From the NCBI RefSeq assembly GCF_026571515.1, contig NW_026855269.1:62001-126000 (forward strand): DNA of 64,000 nucleotides. Reading direction: 5' to 3'. The translations under genes and the position numbers were made by a program. A model generated the notes under the pieces. That model did no database searches. It was not told where the DNA came from and worked only from the letters and a program-made list of their open reading frames with translations. Shown here in pieces: positions 28,413 through 40,228 of the stretch; position 1 is the stretch's first letter; every line of letters starts with the position of its first letter. The stretch is from Ruditapes philippinarum. Its lineage: Eukaryota.

Positions 28413-30569
28413 AACAAATCAATATTTGTTTTCATTCCGATCGAGTATACAACATACTCCTCAAAAATCCTAGTAAATCTGTAAAAAATACCACTTTTGA
28501 ACCTGATTATAAGAATAAATGATAAAAACGTAAAAGCAAAATTGATGCCGTGTCTTCCATCCTCTACTACTTATTTTATTTAAATATCAATTTTTCACTT
28601 ATGTCTATCTCTGTTGAAAAATCCTGTACCAGTATTACATGCAAGGAGACAGTGAATTAATATCCGCTGTTTTGTAGATTTTTTATTGCGTAGTTAATAG
28701 CTCATTAAAAGATCATAAAAGACCCGTGAAACCATGGCGATAGTAATCGAGGACATTAATTTCCTAGGTTGTATTACATGGCTATTTATGAATAATTAAA
28801 CATGATGGCACAAATGGAATATAATATTACTTCTGAAGATTATGTGATTGTTAATACAAATTGGAAAATAAATTCATTCCGTTGAAAATAATTATTTAAA
28901 TAACAAATTTGCGAAAGAGTAGAAATGTTAAACAAAATAATTTCATTTAGAAATGGATCCATTGCACTGTATGTACATCAAATTGATTAGTTTGATTTTA
29001 TCGGCCATATTCTTAACTGACTCGAAGCTTTCGTATGTTCCTTTTAAATAGTTTCGGCTATCTTAAAGTTTGTTATGTAGCCACCAGAATATCAATGGGA
29101 ATATTTTACTGTAGAAAAATAATCTGTATTTTGGTCAGAGTCTCTGACTTTGCATTTCAAATGAAATAGGAAAAAGGTTTTGTTGATGTCAGGCAATACG
29201 TGAACGTATCGTAAGAGATTTAGGTTTTGTATTAACAAATATATACAGTCTCCAGGCACATTTTCCATTTTAAAAACCAAAATAACAAATTGCATATGTA
29301 CCGTGACAATCGTTTATATTTGTGAGAGATTTCAAAGCGTCATTGGTGCACTAAGTACTAGTTATTGAAATTTTTTTTATTCTTATTTGTGTGCAAAGAT
29401 GAAGGTTTATTTGTAAAAAAAACTTTTAATTACTTTTCGATTATAATGCTTAATATAAAAACACAACGAACATAGTTTCCCTACCCAATTTTCGTACTGA
29501 ACCAGTCACACGTTACATTTTACAACAAATGAATTTCACATTATTTTGTATATATTGGTCTTCAAATGTCGAAAAATTACAAAAAAATGGTATATTATAA
29601 TATGTTTAAAAATCAAAACACGAAATTTCTATAAGAGTGATCTGAGATCAATATTGCCTCATAAGATTTCCTAGCATAGCAAAAAATAAGAAAAAAAGAT
29701 ACGCTCACCTTTCTTTAACGTTTTATTGCAATTTTATTTCTGTGCCCTATACGTCGTTTTAAGATTATTGATATGTTAGAGTAGTCTATATATACTTCGT
29801 CAATTATGCTTTATAAATAATAAAAGTTGTTTTATGAAATTTAAATCCTTTCAAAATGTATTAGCAAGTATAGATATTTCCAAATTCTTGTATGCTACAA
29901 ACAGGTTATTAATCAGCTCAATTCCGTTTACATTTTCTATCATAGAAATGTCATCTGGCTATAAATACACTAATTATCATACCTTTCGGTTGTAAAGTAT
30001 AAAAACATTTGACATTTATGGAAACTATGTACTTTAAATGAAATAAAATCCTAGCATAGCATAATTATGCAAAATTGCTTCGTAAACATTTTGAAATATG
30101 CAAACGAAATATGAATTAGACGTGTGATCTTTAATCTAAAGCTGAGAGCATTTATTACTCTATACTAAAAATAAATGCAATAGTAATCATAAAAGTAAGA
30201 AATTTTCATCATTAATCTAACATTATATATACACGATTTAGCATAAACGATTGAATGGGACATCTTAATTGCCAACTTTTACCATTTCCGCACTATTCAT
30301 GAAACATATATGCGTAATAGCTAATGAGATAATCATACGAAAACAATGTCCCCTGTCTAATCTTCATTTTAAATAGTTAAAACTTACCACTTTTTGAACT
30401 ATTTGTGCATCAAACATACGTTAAAAATAGATAAATGACGCTTAAAACATATTAAATCAACGTCCTTGTTGTATTTTCTAATTATTTTAAGTTTGAATGA
30501 TGTGTGTTTAATTAAGGAATTAAAATGAGGGTTGAATCGAAAGGACTTTTCAGGAATGCAATTTCAATG

Positions 30570-30620
30570 TGAATTATAACATTAGATTTGAATTGGATCT
30601 AACATAAGACAGAAGTACAG
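30570..30620 (+). promoter_or_regulatory. Conserved non-coding first exon of the type B genes (paralogs at about 36489-36540, 49932-49983, 57818-57869)
   Basis: gtgaattataac(a/t)ttagatttgaattggatc, or a close variant, followed by a gt(a/g)agt donor recurs upstream of all four type B ATG exons, each of which begins ag|ATG. Confidence 0.6.
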
Positions 30621-31194
30621 GTAAGTGATCGAGACTGGTATGTTTTCTCTAATTATGTTATTTTGTGACTTTCTAATTCAGACAACCATAGATTTCATAC
30701 ACATATGTTATATCATTTGTTAAATTCTACTATTTTAAGACAACTGAAGAGACAGTTTTTATTTTTAAATAAATTACAACCTTTGTGCAAATACATCATT
30801 CTTTTTAACCACATTTGTTTATATATTTGAAATTCTTACATAGCGATTAACTTAAAATGGACACATCTGCATATTATTAAGAAATATACTTCAAAAATGG
30901 ATTTTTAGCATAATTTTTAGCCAAGTTTGAGTGAAAAGCTATGTTATGCAACGCTTTGCCATTTTTTGGCTTTTTTGAGCAATAAAAATTATCATTTTGG
31001 GCAAACGGAATGAGAGATAATTTTGAAATTGTTTACACAAGTTATCAGTCCAGAGATACACCAACTGGAAAAATAGTTTTGGTCCTTCGTGTGGAGTTCC
31101 TTTAAACAATAACGTAAGTTACATTCAGACGAATTAGTATTTGTATGCTTTTACTCCTTCTGAACTTTATTCTTAATTTCCATTTGTTTTCCAG

Positions 31195-34100
31195 ATGTCG
31201 TGGTATTTGATTAGTTTGGTCATAAGCAGTACATTCGCATATGTTCATGGATGTTCATGTGTCCCATTTGATCCAGAGATAGATTACTGTGCTAGAACTT
31301 CAGGATTTGGTGCGTTTACACTTTTGTAGTCTTTTAAGAAGTTTTGTGATAAATGTTAACGATATAACATAGAGTAACGCCATCAGATTAATCTTTTTAA
31401 TTACAGAATTATATAAAGTTATTTTGCAAACTCAAGATTTTGTGCGTTCATACATATGTTTCTGTTTCAATGGTAAACTGCTTAGAATTTTTTAGTCTTG
31501 TGATATAGATTAACGATATATCATAAGGTAAATCAATATTAGATTATAATAATAACTTTCAGAACAATGTCCAATTTTTCTAAATGTGATACTGTGTAAG
31601 GTCTGTTGTGAATATGCGAAAATCAGAAACTCACCTTAGATCAACTACAAAGGCCTGGTTTAAAATTCGGTCCCATACATGTATAATGCTTCATTCAATA
31701 GTTTTAATATTTCTAAAACTACCAACATTTTTTTATTGCCATCAATACTTTATTATTTCAGCTGCTGTGTTTAAAATCAAAGATAATGGTACTGTTGTCG
31801 GTATACAACTGGCCTATGATGTTGATATCCTCTACAAATATGTATTTAAGGTAACTATCGTCTAGGCACTAATGTTATAAGAAGATTTTTTAAGAAAACG
31901 CTGAAAAGGGTCCATTCTAGCTAGAGGCTAGTGTCGAAAATCTCAAAAGTACCAGTATTGATATAATTCACAGACATTTGGGGTTTGGAGCTCAAAACGC
32001 CTTTAAAATCCAAATAAAATGCATATTTGTCAATCCCAGCACATGTACTGATCATATATATCAAAAAAACTTAATATAAGCCGTTTTGAAAAAAATTCAT
32101 ATTTCAACATCTATAATAATACACAAGATAAAAATGTTCGCCGGAAAAAATCCGCACCCCTACCGTCATAATCACCATGTATTTTAATCCATTTCCAATA
32201 TTTTCACATAATCCTTTGGTCCATCGACACAGAAGATATAATTCTTCACGATGATGGTCAATTTTAAACTTCAACGGTAATATAAACAACGCAACAGCCG
32301 AAATAAACATCAATATTATCGCCGTTTTTTTCCAACGACAAAATCTTTCGATAAATTTAATGGACCAGACGGCTATGAACGAAGCTATCCGATTATGTGG
32401 CCCCAGCTTTGCCGTGTGCAAAATGCGCAGCGCTTTTAAGTTTGGGAACCACATAATCGGATAGCTTCGTTCATAGCCGTCTGGTCCATTGAATTTATCG
32501 AAAGATTTTGTCGTTGGAAAAAAACGGCGATAATATTGATGTTTATTTCGGCTGTTGCGTTGTTTATATTACCGTTGAAGTTTAAAATTGACCATCATCG
32601 TGAAGAATTATATCTTCTGTGTCGATGGACCAAAGGATTATGTGAAAATATTGGAAATGGATTAAAATACATGGTGATTATGACGGTAGGGGTGCGGATT
32701 TTTTCCGGCGAACATTTTTATCTTGTGTATTATTATAGATGTTGAAATATGAATTTTTTTCAAAACGGCTTATATTAAGTTTTTTTGATATATATGATCA
32801 GTACATGTGCTGGGATTGACAAATATGCATTTTATTTGGATTTTAAAGGCGTTTTGAGCTCCAAACCCCAAATGTCTGTGATATAATTTACTTTCATTTC
32901 AAAGCAGATTCATTACAAATGCTAAAATGTAAGAAAATGATACTGTACATATAAAATCGAATTGTCAAAAACTATGTTTTCAAATTAATCTGAATATTGC
33001 TTCTAACAAATCGTTAAATACGTCTTAACTGTATACTGTAGCAATGCATGAGCGTAAACAATATTGGTTAGCTCAACGCAAAGGCTTATATTTAATAAAA
33101 GGATACCTTAAATCCGAATCTACAAGAATTGTTTCATTTTGTGTATACCAAACATTACTATAAAATAAAATATAAAGACAATTAACAGTAAGAAATGTGT
33201 AGTATTAACTAGAATTTATGCCTTTTATACTTGTTTCTTTTTGTATGTATGATACATTAATATATAATATAAAGACAATTAACTGTATTTTGTAAACTGG
33301 AATTGATGCTTAACATTACAAGAGCAAATGATAAAAATAAAGTATTCAACAAGCATTGTTTTCATGTCTGTCGCTTCAAGTTAATGATTTAGGAAGAAAA
33401 ATAAATCTATTTTGTAAGACAATTGTTATTTTTTGAAAACTTATTATTTAATTATTGTATTTTGTAATATTCATTACGTATCGGTGTATTATTATGGCCT
33501 AGGCTCCAAGTGAAAATGTAAAAACTGATAAACTGTATACAATGGTTGATGGACCTGCGTATGGGATTCGTTTACGTCCAGATAGTTTCTATATCATCAC
33601 AGGTAAGTCAAGGATAGGTGTTGTTAGTACTGGTTTTGTTGTTTACACGCATATATTTTCAATATTTTTAACATCATGACAGGCAAATAAAGGCAAGGTG
33701 TTATTAATTTTGAGCTTTTATTTTTAATTCTGGTATTACTTCATTACATGTTAGGAATGCGAAGCTTTCAATCGTTTAGATTGTTGACCCTTTTTTCTAA
33801 AATAAGTCTTCGTATATTTTGAGGTAGGTGTAACATAGAATGTTTCTTTTTAACTTGTAGGTGGAATATTTTATGCCATCTTAGTTATCTTAATTATTAT
33901 TACGAATGTAAGTTAATTATAATAATGATAATAATGGTACTGCATGCCCGTTTAAGTCAGTAGCATCTTTAAACATGACCATTACTTACTTCTTGTTATA
34001 GTTATAAAACTGTTTTTATACATGTATAAATAGTTATATATACAGCGTCATCAATTATTTGTTTATTGTTTGCTTTGTTTACAGGATATTTTCAACTAAG

Positions 34101-34230
34101 GGATGAAACACCTACGGTAATGACAACATCACGTTGTAGCACACAAGACTACTTCAAAGAGAATCCAATCGTTAGTGGTGACCCACCTCCGTGCGAGAGA
34201 TCTGATAAACATGTTGAATTTTCTGAATGA
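31195..34230 (+). CDS. Secreted single-domain TIMP/NTR-like protein, type B1 (149 aa). Exons 31195-31309, 31762-31850, 33503-33602, 34085-34230
   Basis: MSWYLISLVISSTFAYVHG-CSCVPFDPEIDYCARTSGF|AAVFKIK...YDVDILYKYVFK|APSENVKTDKLYTMVDGPAYGIRLRPDSFYIITG|YFQLRDETPTVMTTSRCSTQDYFKENPIVSGDPPPCERSDKHVEFSE*. GT-AG introns. The fourth Cys is replaced by Tyr. Confidence 0.87.
31969..32880. mobile_element. Foldback-type non-autonomous DNA transposon: 432-bp arms, 48-bp spacer, 8-bp TSD; P-superfamily-like termini
   Basis: Arms 31969-32400 and 32449-32880 are reverse complements with one mismatch (32358/32491). TSD atataatt at 31961-31968 and 32881-32888. Termini are CACAGAC...GTCTGTG. Confidence 0.93.
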
Positions 34231-35399
34231 TCAATATTATATCACTGCAATAAAAAGTTAAATTGAACCTTTTTCGAACAAATGTGTTAAGTAAGTACAA
34301 TCCCGCAAATGTTTACATTTCAACAGTCCTAATCCATCCTGTCATCAAGCTTGGAAACTTTTCTTAAATATTTTTAACATGTTAACATTGCATACAGTTA
34401 TACAATACCATTGATAATATGGACTTGTTTTGAACACAATTTCAATGGCAAAGCACTGTAAGCTTCAAAGACAAGAAAAGCAACAAATGCCAATAAATAA
34501 TATGAAAGAAACACCGATGGTTCTGCACAGGCACGCATTAATGGAGCTTTCCCACCAAATGAGGTTACATTGGTTTAAATGTGAATTGATAATTTATTCT
34601 TGCTCCCCATCGTGACCCAAACTATAAAACGTTATAAACGTCAACAAATTTATTGGAACACCAATATAAGTATCTACACGGTTCAACAAAGATATCCAAA
34701 TGAACCTATTTTACATATAGTGAATGTCTATGCGGTCTAGACAGAACAGGAAAGAAGTAAATCTCAAAGTGTTTTTTTTCTTTTGACCTTTTATTAGATC
34801 TAACTTAAGCACATTTTCTCAATTAAAACACAACAACTAATTGGTGACAAATACCCTGCAAACACGCAGTTCTTCCAAGGCATACATCAAACGGATATGG
34901 TGGGTCCGTTCATATCTGAAAACACAATGAATAATTAAAAAAATGAAAGAAACGAAAATGTATATACGACTGCCAAGACATTTTTTTTAAACAAAGTGAC
35001 ATCTGGTGATAATCAAGATAAAATAATTTTAAAGCAAAACTATTTTACTTTGACTGTGTTTGTCTATTAATAATAATTTATAGGAAATCAGCAGCTTTTA
35101 TAGACAAAACAAAAACTTTACGATATCAGTAAATGTGTAATAAAGTATCAAATTTATATTTAATGTTTCTAAGATGTAAGGTTATTAGCAAACATTTACT
35201 TCAGAGACATTATTCATTATCAGGCTTTCCTGAAAATAATGATTACTATAAAAACAATTGTCAATTTCTTCACACACAAAAACATCATGCAAATGGTATG
35301 TATTGTCGTCAAACTAAACTGTTGGTGGCAATTGTCGTACAATGAATTGGCGACTGATTCAATTTCTGATGACAAAATACTATACAAACACCAAAATAA

Positions 35400-35875
35400 T
35401 GACACCTTAATGTGAAAGTTTCGATAGTATAGTTTTCATCGGTTGCTGCTGATTACCGGTACATTTTGAACATGTAAACTCCGTGGGCAAAAAATCCTTG
35501 TATCTAAGACAGAGCTTTTCCAAATAAGGCTTTATATGGTTGGTATTACAGCTATACGCATGCGCAGCTACATAGTCAATACGACAGCCATTACATACAT
35601 GAAAGAACTCATCCAACCACTGAAAGTTATTATGTGCCGGGGTAGGACTTATGATTGGTTTTCCATTTATGTTTTCAATATACTTGCTGGGCAAACATGT
35701 TTATTTGGACAGCTTAGTCTGATTTGCTCAGAACTACAACATACTGCGCGGTGCTAAAAAATTTTCAATGGTATTGCTATTAGATTTCCAAATTAATGGA
35801 CGTTAATTCAGATATGTTTTGAAAGCAATGAGGACATTCCCGAACCGTAATCTGACGTTAGGTAGTTGTCAGTGA
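35400..35875 (-). pseudogene. Degenerate GH128 glucanase exon 2
   Basis: GKPIISPTPAHNNFQWLDEFFHVCNGCRIDYVAAHAYSCN aligns to the intact copies. It has deletions, IWLTEF is eroded to FLPTEF, the NEPD region is disrupted, and no intact exon 1 was seen. Confidence 0.85.
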
Positions 35876-36804
35876 AATCGAGCAAAAAATAAACAAAACG
35901 CGGTTCGCTTCTTGCCCTAGGCTTTCGTTATTATAAATGCTATTTTGTTTTGATTCTTACGGTTTATGTAATCGAATTCCCTCAAAATAAACTGGTAAAT
36001 AATGGAATGTCTGTTACACAATCAACAGGTACGATGATTATATTTATTATCAGACATTACGACAAACCATGAAAGAATTATATTTAACAAGTGTGAGATC
36101 TATCTATATTAACAGTTCATAATTATGTCAATTGCTTCGTTTGCATTTATCATTTCAAATATATACAGTGACCTTAAATCTAAAGATGAGAGCATTTACA
36201 ATTCTTATATAAAATATATATTATAAACTTACAATTATTAATGTAAGAAACTCTGAATTAATCCAAATTTGTATACAGGATTAACATAAACGATTAAATG
36301 AGACATCTTTATAGTAAAATGTTACCATTGGTGCAGCAGCAAATATACGTTATATGTCATTAAATGACAGATGTAAATTATATATAGACAGTCTACTTGT
36401 GTATTTTTGTATTGTCAAGTTTATTTGCGTGCTTATAAATAGGAAGATATAACTGTGATTTATGGAGAGAGTCATTTGTAATTTCGATGTGAATTATAAC
36501 TTTAGATTTGAATTGGATCCCGCAGATGACAGAAAGAAAAGTAAGTTTCAATATTTAAAATGGTATTTGTTCTTCTCATATGCTGTTGTTTACTGTTATT
36601 TCGGTACAAATATAAATAAAATGCAAATATTTTGTATATTATTATGTTTCATAAATTGCCGCAACAAAACTTCAAGTGATCGATTATAATTAAACAATTG
36701 AAAACCTTTTTTAAAATACTTGATTCACTTGACCAAAATAATTTAATATCGACAGTTCATCATTTCAAAAAGGGCACTATTACATCGAAAAACTTTCTTT
36801 TAGT

Positions 36805-37072
36805 TTATTTGTTTGTTTGTTTTTTTGTTTTGTTTTTTTTTATTTTGAGTCAGACCGACGCGTTTGAAGGTCATATGACGACTTTCCAGCTTAACAGATG
36901 AAGGAAGACCTCATGTACCACTCCGTGCATTATTTTAGGCACAAGCCGGCATCTGAGTAGAACCTCCGGCGTTTGATAGCTTGATACCTTCCCCACATGG
37001 ACAAATGTTTGATTGAACCTGCAGCTATAAGGGGCAAATGAGTCTACGTTTTTAACCGCTCGTCCACGGGAG
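36805..37072 (-). mobile_element. tRNA-derived mollusc SINE in the first intron of B2
   Basis: (tttg)n tail, core aggtcatatgacgactttccagctt...ggaagacc...ctccgtgcattattt, and degenerate pol III boxes near 37010-37070. Confidence 0.6.
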
Positions 37073-37154
37073 AAGTAACTATAATCAGTATTATGTGTAT
37101 ACTTTTTCATTATTCTTTGCATTTTTATTTTTGCTTTTTCATTTTCCGTTTCAG

Positions 37155-39269
37155 ATGTCATGTTATTTAATTACCTTGGTCATCTGCAGTATGTTCTCAA
37201 ATGTTTCTGGGGTGTGTATCTGTGCTCTAGTTGATCCGGGGATAGATTACTGCAATTTCAATCCAGGATTCTGTACGTTTACAAATATGTTTTAGTTTGA
37301 ATTTGATTGTACTCAAAAGCTATTGTCTTGTGATTCAGGATGCATATAATGAACATTATTACTAGTTAACATAATATTATAAAAGTTTATTTTTAAAGTT
37401 TTAGCTATAAAACTCATAATCCTAAGATGGTCCGGAACGCATTTCGTTGTTCAATAACTAAAATAAGATTAACTACGAGGGACAGTTAAAAGTATTAATC
37501 TATGTGACGCTGTAATTAAGTGATCTTTCTGTGTAAAATTGTTAGTCCAACCCATCAAATTACCCACCCCCTCCCTCAACCACCCTTTAGCTCAATGCAA
37601 AAGCACGTCTCTTCTATCACCAATCCCGATATTATATAATAGTGTTTTCAGCCAGCATTCTTGACGCACTTCGCAAGCGTTCCCTGTTTTGGCCTTACAG
37701 TAGTAATATCACTTTCAGATGTTGCTGTTGCTGGACGAACAGATCAGGGTTCATTTTTGATATCTGTTTCCGGATTTGAATAGCCCGGCCCATCTTCTAG
37801 CAATGGCATATGGAATAACACTATTCCCATAAATATGTAGCAGAGAGCATAGCCTCTTCAAATCTAAACTGATTAATACTTTACAAACTCCCATTTGTAT
37901 TCGGTCCACAGGTAATTATATAATGCTTCGTTCATGAGCTTTGTATATTTCTTATATAAACTTATAGTCATATGCAATTTTTATTGTTTGTTATGATGGT
38001 TTGTGATTACTATCTTTACTTGCTTATTCTAGCTGCTGTATTTAAAATCAAAGGCAATGGTACTGTTGACGGTTCTCAGTTAGCTTATGATGTTGATATA
38101 CTTTACAAATACGCTTTTAAGGTAATTATCATATGTAATATAATACTAGGGAAAATATTTATACAACATTTAAAAGAAAATTGCAACAGCTAGTACATAG
38201 ATTATTTTTAATTTGTTGTTTTCATTTGTTTGCTTGTTTTGTTTTTGTTTGTTTGTTTAGGGCAGTGCTCACAATTTACTAAAGCATAAGGTAAAAGTAG
38301 TTTTAAAAGCCAGTAATGTAATAAGGAGGAATAAAATTTAACTAAAGCATGCAATAGCATTCCCCGGGTCCAAAACAATTCCATACAAATTCATATCGAA
38401 CTAATCTTATTTTTAAATCCAAACTCCCCATAACAAAGCAATATTGAATTGAATTCCGTCTGGCCTCGTGTTCATTTTCAGAGACTAAAAACCTATAATA
38501 TAAATAAATATATTTTATTAGGTAACCATAAAGTTTTTGTTGGGTATTTAATCATATATATACGTACAATAATTAAATGTACACTTTGATCATGTAATAT
38601 TATATGATCTAGGCTCCAAGTGGAAATGTGGAAACTGATAGATTGTATACATATGCTGATGTAGCTAACTGTGGAGTTCGCTTACGTCCAGATAGTTTCT
38701 ATATTATCACAGGTAAATAAAGGATAAATATTTTAAGTATTTTATTGGAGCGTAAATTGTAAATATAAATTTTACAAAATGGAAGATGTGCATATTTTAT
38801 TGTTTTTAAATATCTTATATTTTTGTTTTCAATCTATTCATGTTTTACTAGATATTATTTCATGTTCTCCTAGTCTAAGATAGATATTTAAGTAGGCAAA
38901 TTATCTCGTGCTATCATAAGATGTGTTAAAATCACATAATCATGTGACTATTGTCTGTCAAAAAATAATGATAATAATAAAGACATAAATCCTAATGCAA
39001 CAATAATTCTTTTTTATGTTCCATATCAGGATCAATCATTTCATGCAAAATTAACTTATTTTGATCAAAACTTACATATATTCAGTGTCATTAATACAGC
39101 CGTTTATTGTGTTGTTTTTTTAGGATATTTTGAAGTAAGACCTGACAATCCTGCTAAAATGAAAACGTCAGAGTGTCAAATATATGACTACTACAAAGAA
39201 AACCCGATTGAAAATGGTGATCCACCTTCGTGTGAGAGATCTGATGAATATGTTGAAATTTCTAATTGA
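37155..39269 (+). CDS. Secreted single-domain TIMP/NTR-like protein, type B2 (150 aa). Exons 37155-37272, 38033-38121, 38613-38712, 39124-39269
   Basis: MSCYLITLVICSMFSNVSG-VCICALVDPGIDYCNFNPGF|SAVFKIKGNG...|APSGNVETDRLYTYADVANCGVRLRPDSFYIITG|YFEVRPDNPAKMKTSECQIYDYYKENPIENGDPPSCERSDEYVEISN*. All six Cys present and GT-AG introns. Confidence 0.88.
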
Positions 39270-39992
39270 TCAAAATTATATCAAAACGGTAAATTGTAAA
39301 TGTTTCTACCTTCAGAAAGATATGTTTAGATGTTGTGATTCCAAGACATAATGTTCTTTTGCCTTATTTGAATCCTTTCTCCTCATTTCCTGCTTTTTAC
39401 GTTTCGCTTACATATTATGGAATATTAGGTAGTTTTTTCTTAAAAAACGTTAAGATATCGTTTCAGTTTTCTGAAAGGTCAGATTATTTTCTTAGAATTT
39501 GCAAAATCACAATATTCACGTAGAAACTGCATGGTTACTATGATCTCTAGAAACTTTAAGTTTCCAATACTCTCTTAAGGCCTCAACAGACGGTAGGATT
39601 TTGAAGTACAACACCAATTAAAACTAAGATGTACAAACAAATTTCAATGAGTGAAGGCTACTATTTCTTGATTTCGGAAACCTTAAGTCTAGATGTAAGG
39701 GATAGGACATGTTCTATTTTGAAAATCTTGTCGTACAGATTTTTACAGACCTCCCACAATGACAAGTAACAGATAACCAAATTATCTCCTGATAATGGGT
39801 GTAATGAATGAAATTCCAGAACAATTAGGGCTAAAAGGTAAACATAGTAGTAAGATGGGGTAAAAATGATGTTGAAAAACTCTTCAGGAGACCCAAAGTT
39901 GTGTTATGTTCGAATCCCAAATTATTCCGAAAATGATTATGTCACGGTATTGAATTGTTCTCTAATTAGGGGAGTGGAGGTAGTTTGTAGGC

Positions 39993-40072
39993 GGCCAGAT
40001 AGCTTAGTCAGTAGAGCCGCAGTACGGTATTCCGAGGGTCTCAGGTTTGAGTCTCGGGCAGGCTGCACATTT
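39993..40072 (+). mobile_element. tRNA-derived SINE-like head
   Basis: A-box-like tagcttagtcagtagag and B-box-like ggtttgagtctc. The stems are degenerate. Confidence 0.45.
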
Positions 40073-40228
40073 AAAAAAATATTTTTTTTAATGGAGGTGT
40101 TTCAATCATTACTCATGGCGAAAAAGTATTTAGTGACTAAAGTATGTAAAGGATCAATGTAAAGGGATCCTTTTTAGGGGAAACCTCAGATGATTCTTAC
40201 AGTGTAGAATTACCGTCTGAATGCAAGT

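Noticed and set aside
32104-32745. Two identical ORFs on opposite strands (116 aa and 69 aa)
   Set aside because: They are mirror images produced by the foldback arms, have non-ATG starts and no recognisable domain.
31969-32880. Palindrome as an assembly artefact
   Set aside because: It has a perfect 8-bp TSD, a unique 48-bp spacer, one arm mismatch and an empty paralogous site, all of which indicate a real insertion.
34830-34920. Possible last exon of the GH128 pseudogene
   Set aside because: The position fits but similarity to YSWF...IVG is too weak to support by eye.
35880-35965. Possible fourth remnant of the 221-aa ORF in unit 2
   Set aside because: Only a short AT-rich resemblance, not distinguishable from chance without an alignment.
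39993-40072. tRNA gene
   Set aside because: A and B boxes are present but the acceptor and anticodon stems do not pair well, and it lies inside a transposon. Treated as SINE-derived.
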